DNA of 64,000 nucleotides from Promethearchaeota archaeon. GTDB lineage: Archaea; Asgardarchaeota; Heimdallarchaeia; Hodarchaeales; Hodarchaeaceae. Both the position numbers and the translations under genes were made by a program. This document shows positions 59,524-64,000 of the stretch, in pieces. The notes under the pieces were generated by a model that worked only from the letters and a program-made list of their open reading frames with translations, was not told the DNA's origin and searched no databases. Within the stretch, counting starts at the first letter, position 1. Every line of letters begins with the position of its first letter. The DNA lies in NCBI GenBank assembly GCA_048938105.1, contig JBHLMN010000011.1:32001-96000 (forward strand), read 5' to 3'.

Positions 59524-62523
59524 CTATCTTTCAAATTTCCATTCAGGTTTAACTATTATCCCTTCTCTCTTCCGTCCGTCAATCATAACCAGAAGAGGAT
59601 CTTTAGTCCTGATATGGCGAATGAATTCAGTCTCTATTACTATATTTTTCTGACTGTTTAACCAATCCCAATCAATGAAGTCTTTTTTTGAATTATACTT
59701 TATAAAAAAGTATCCAATGTTGGCTGTGGTGATATTTTGAAAGAAATGACTTCCCTGAGAGTGTTCTACATGAAAATCTGCCAATCCAGTTTCAATCAAA
59801 ACTTGGGCTCCCGAGATATGGTTCCATTTCACAGGAATCCCCAAAAAACGATCAAAGGTTCCCCAACGACCAAATCCTAACAGGATGTAAGGAACTTTTT
59901 GGTTTCGAAGACGCTGATTTATTCGATCGATTTCTCTAACCATTTGTTGAGTTTTCATTTTATCAAAAGATTCGGGTTTAACATAGACAATATCATGAAT
60001 GTCTTTTATGATACGATTGCCAGAGATTTGTGATGAAAATGCTAACAGCTCGCTCTTGGGAACTGAAATGACTTCTTCACTCAATAATTCGTCTTGTTCG
60101 ATAAATGGCCGTATCTGTAAGAGATAAAAAGTAGTTCTTTTTTTAGGAATGAGTTGGAAATTACCTGCAAATTCAATTTCCACACTACAACCCATCGCTT
60201 TCTCTCCAAGCCCTAGGATTTTGGATATTGTTGTAGCAAAAGGGAATGTTCCATATCTCAACTGTTTACTGAAAGTTACAACAGGAGCACCTTCCCCCAT
60301 ATACCCGCTTCTGAGTGCTCGATCATTGTAATCATAAGTGTCCACAACTTCAGATAATAACTCTCTATCAGCTTCAAAAATGCTAGTTTTTACCAAAAAG
60401 GAATCTTCACCTTCAGTAATATCAGTTGCTGTTGATGCTAGATCTATTGCAAAGAAATCTTTTTGGCTATTATCTAATAATTGGTCATGAGTTGAGTAAA
60501 AACTTATTTCAGGATATTTAGGGCAAAATCGAAGAGCAATACCACCATCTACAATAGTTTTTCCCAACCCAACTGCAAGAAAGGCAATTCGGTCAGTAGG
60601 TTTCATATAAGAAATTGGGTAGTAATTATAGGAGGAGGCGACTCCTGAAAAAGAGGGATAAGACAAATCTCTAGGATGTTTTCTCCCTACTACCTGTTGA
60701 ATAACCACTGCCATTTTCGATTCTTCAATAGATTGATCTGTGGTTTCAGCATAACTTTTAGCCTTTTTCAAGAAAGATGAAGCAAAAACTAACTTGATTG
60801 CATCACAGAGTAATTTCACTCTTGTATCCATATCTTGGTTATTAGGTAAAAAATATGTTTCAAATATACCTGCGAAAGGTTGATATTGAGAATCTTCCAA
60901 CAAACTTGAAGATCGTACAGACAGTGGGCCTGTAAGTGTCTGTAAAATATATCTTAAATCGTTTTCTAGACTTTTAGAGATCTTTGCTTTTAAAAAACTC
61001 TCTTTAATATCTTTGTCAGGAGCATCAGAAAGAGCTATATCATAGAGCTCATCGTTCTTTTGCATAAAAAGATCAAATTCACTTGTTCCTATTACAAATG
61101 TCTTAGGAATGCGAATATCGACATCAAGAGAAAGTTCATCTGCAAGCAGAAATGTGTTTAGGAGAAATTGTAAAAAGGCAATTCCACGACCTTTTCCTCC
61201 CAATGAACCTGGTCTCAACCGAGTAAATCGAATTGCAGGATGGTGACTTTCTCTATCCCAATCATGTACAACACCACCTGATTTTTCAACGAGGATAGCG
61301 TTTATCGAGTCGAGAAGGAATTGTCGTAAACCTTCCTCTGTCATATCAGTGACTTTCACAGGTTTAATCTTTTGAGCAATAGCAAACTCTGCTCGATTCA
61401 TTAACCAGCCAGAAAAATGATCATGTGATCCATGATGAATTAAAGACTCATTAGGCACTACAGAAATAGCTTGATACAACTCCATAATATTTTTTGCCCG
61501 ACCAACGACAGTTCCATCAGCTAATCGAAAAACAAAGTCACCAAAGCCTAGGTATCTCAACATAAATTGTCTTAGATTTTGTAGAAGACGTCTTGCTTTC
61601 TTATGGATGAAATATGCTCCTAGTTCCTCAGCTCGTTGTATGTTCTTAAGTTCACTTGATTGCAATGCACAAGGAAGGGTTAAATTGTTTGTTTTCACCT
61701 CCTTAATGAAATCTAAACCTGCATTTTTATCAACCTTCCCACCTCTGGGAAATCTAACATCAGAGATCACACCTATGACATATCTTTTGTATGTTTGATA
61801 ATATTTCATGGCTTCTTCATAGGTGCAGGCTAAGAGGATTTTTGGTCTTGCTCGCATTTGTAATAAGTTGTAGAAATCATTTATACCAGATGAAATCAAC
61901 CGATGTGTTTGCTTCATGAGTTCACTGTATATTAAAGGTAAAAAGAGTGAATAATAACGGATAGAATCCTCAACAACGATGATCACACGAACAAGACCTA
62001 CTTCGGTATCATGTGCTACATTAAGCCGATCTTCTAAGTGTTTTATTATCGCTACGAATACTGTGGAATCTCCATTCCACAAAAAAATTTGGTCTATTCC
62101 TTGTCTTTTTGATAGAGGTGGTAAATATGGGATGATACTAGCATTGTTTAATAAAAGAATGACTGGTATATCTCGGATCTTTTTAATATTTTGTCCAAAA
62201 GCAAAGGCATCGACATCACCTAGACGCCTCATAGTAATAATTAAGTCAAATTCTTTTTCTTTCACTAATTTTAACGCTTCTTTGGCTGAAGCGACTCGTG
62301 TGATACTTGGTAATGTCCGAAGATTCAAATTATGGAATTCTTCAAATATTTGATCAGAAAGCCTCCCATCTTCCTCTAAGATGAAATTATCATAATAACT
62401 TGAAACAAGAAGCACTTTATTAATCCTTTTAGTCATTAAATCATGAAAGACACGATATTTTGGTTTATAATCAAGACTTAAATCATCTTCATCAATTATA
62501 TTAAGGGGAGTAGATTTAGTCAT
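59524..62523 (-). CDS. Receiver-domain plus PEP synthase/PPDK-type ATP-grasp protein
   Basis: Two REC-like regions (FDLII; VVEDS...VISDVRFP); GSLGGKGRG, VRSSSLLED...FAG, MAVVIQ, VEIEFA, LQIRP; no phospho-His swivel motif seen. Confidence 0.85.
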   Translation of the reverse strand: MTKSTPLNIIDEDDLSLDYKPKYRVFHDLMTKRINKVLLVSSYYDNFILEEDGRLSDQIFEEFHNLNLRTLPSITRVASAKEALKLVKEKEFDLIITMRRLGDVDAFAFGQNIKKIRDIPVILLLNNASIIPYLPPLSKRQGIDQIFLWNGDSTVFVAIIKHLEDRLNVAHDTEVGLVRVIIVVEDSIRYYSLFLPLIYSELMKQTHRLISSGINDFYNLLQMRARPKILLACTYEEAMKYYQTYKRYVIGVISDVRFPRGGKVDKNAGLDFIKEVKTNNLTLPCALQSSELKNIQRAEELGAYFIHKKARRLLQNLRQFMLRYLGFGDFVFRLADGTVVGRAKNIMELYQAISVVPNESLIHHGSHDHFSGWLMNRAEFAIAQKIKPVKVTDMTEEGLRQFLLDSINAILVEKSGGVVHDWDRESHHPAIRFTRLRPGSLGGKGRGIAFLQFLLNTFLLADELSLDVDIRIPKTFVIGTSEFDLFMQKNDELYDIALSDAPDKDIKESFLKAKISKSLENDLRYILQTLTGPLSVRSSSLLEDSQYQPFAGIFETYFLPNNQDMDTRVKLLCDAIKLVFASSFLKKAKSYAETTDQSIEESKMAVVIQQVVGRKHPRDLSYPSFSGVASSYNYYPISYMKPTDRIAFLAVGLGKTIVDGGIALRFCPKYPEISFYSTHDQLLDNSQKDFFAIDLASTATDITEGEDSFLVKTSIFEADRELLSEVVDTYDYNDRALRSGYMGEGAPVVTFSKQLRYGTFPFATTISKILGLGEKAMGCSVEIEFAGNFQLIPKKRTTFYLLQIRPFIEQDELLSEEVISVPKSELLAFSSQISGNRIIKDIHDIVYVKPESFDKMKTQQMVREIDRINQRLRNQKVPYILLGFGRWGTFDRFLGIPVKWNHISGAQVLIETGLADFHVEHSQGSHFFQNITTANIGYFFIKYNSKKDFIDWDWLNSQKNIVIETEFIRHIRTKDPLLVMIDGRKREGIIVKPEWKFER

Positions 62524-62898
62524 TCTTTCTCAGTACTTTCACAAAATTTTCACCTTGAAAAAGTTTCGTTGTTTGTTTTTTATTACTCTAATTATAAATC
62601 TAAAATCCGCTACTATCCTCTTTTTCTTTAGATTGGTTTGGAAAAGAGCCTTTTAAATTTAAAAAAGATAAATTTCTGATTAAATTTAGTACTGTCTATC
62701 AAAAATTTCATTAAATGCGTTGTACTTTCCTGTTCATATCTTTAAGCCGATTACTCATAGATTTAACATCTTTATATTATCAATAGAGCGAAATAATTCC
62801 TTCCATAGTATTAAAAAAAAGACTCCTAATTGCACAATTCCTAACAGATAAGGTACTTAAACGTCTGTTGTTGACTTATTACGTAAAATAATTCATAA

Positions 62899-64000
<1,102 letters not shown>

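Overview
AT-rich archaeal chromosomal segment, almost certainly from an Asgard archaeon (Heimdallarchaeia/Hodarchaeales-like). This is inferred from a lokiactin-type actin (37239-38381), a uDENN/longin-like protein, eukaryote-like LRR and WD40 proteins, archaeal-type PheS/PheT, PolB and PDO, and several surface proteins with a Thr-rich stalk and C-terminal anchor. Housekeeping and metabolic genes (polB, tldD/tldE, tlyA-like, pheST, gdhA, peptidases, carbonic anhydrase) flank an accessory middle section (about 19-43 kb). Best candidates for something new: (1) a compact three-gene operon at 28141-30658 encoding a degenerate macrodomain with a small C-terminal domain, a SLATT-like two-TM protein with a similar small N-terminal domain, and a cytoplasmic PI-PLC, which resembles an undescribed nucleotide-sensing membrane-attack defence system; (2) two unannotated 43-48 aa microproteins 38 kb apart sharing LExKYGKEPKI...WxWH-stop; (3) a stand-alone TnpB with a Fanzor-type rearranged RuvC site, whose right end supplies the stop codon of a neighbouring MFS-DUF47 fusion gene and whose predicted guide comes from that gene. 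No tRNA, rRNA or CRISPR array was recognised. All family assignments come from motif recognition by eye, not database searches.
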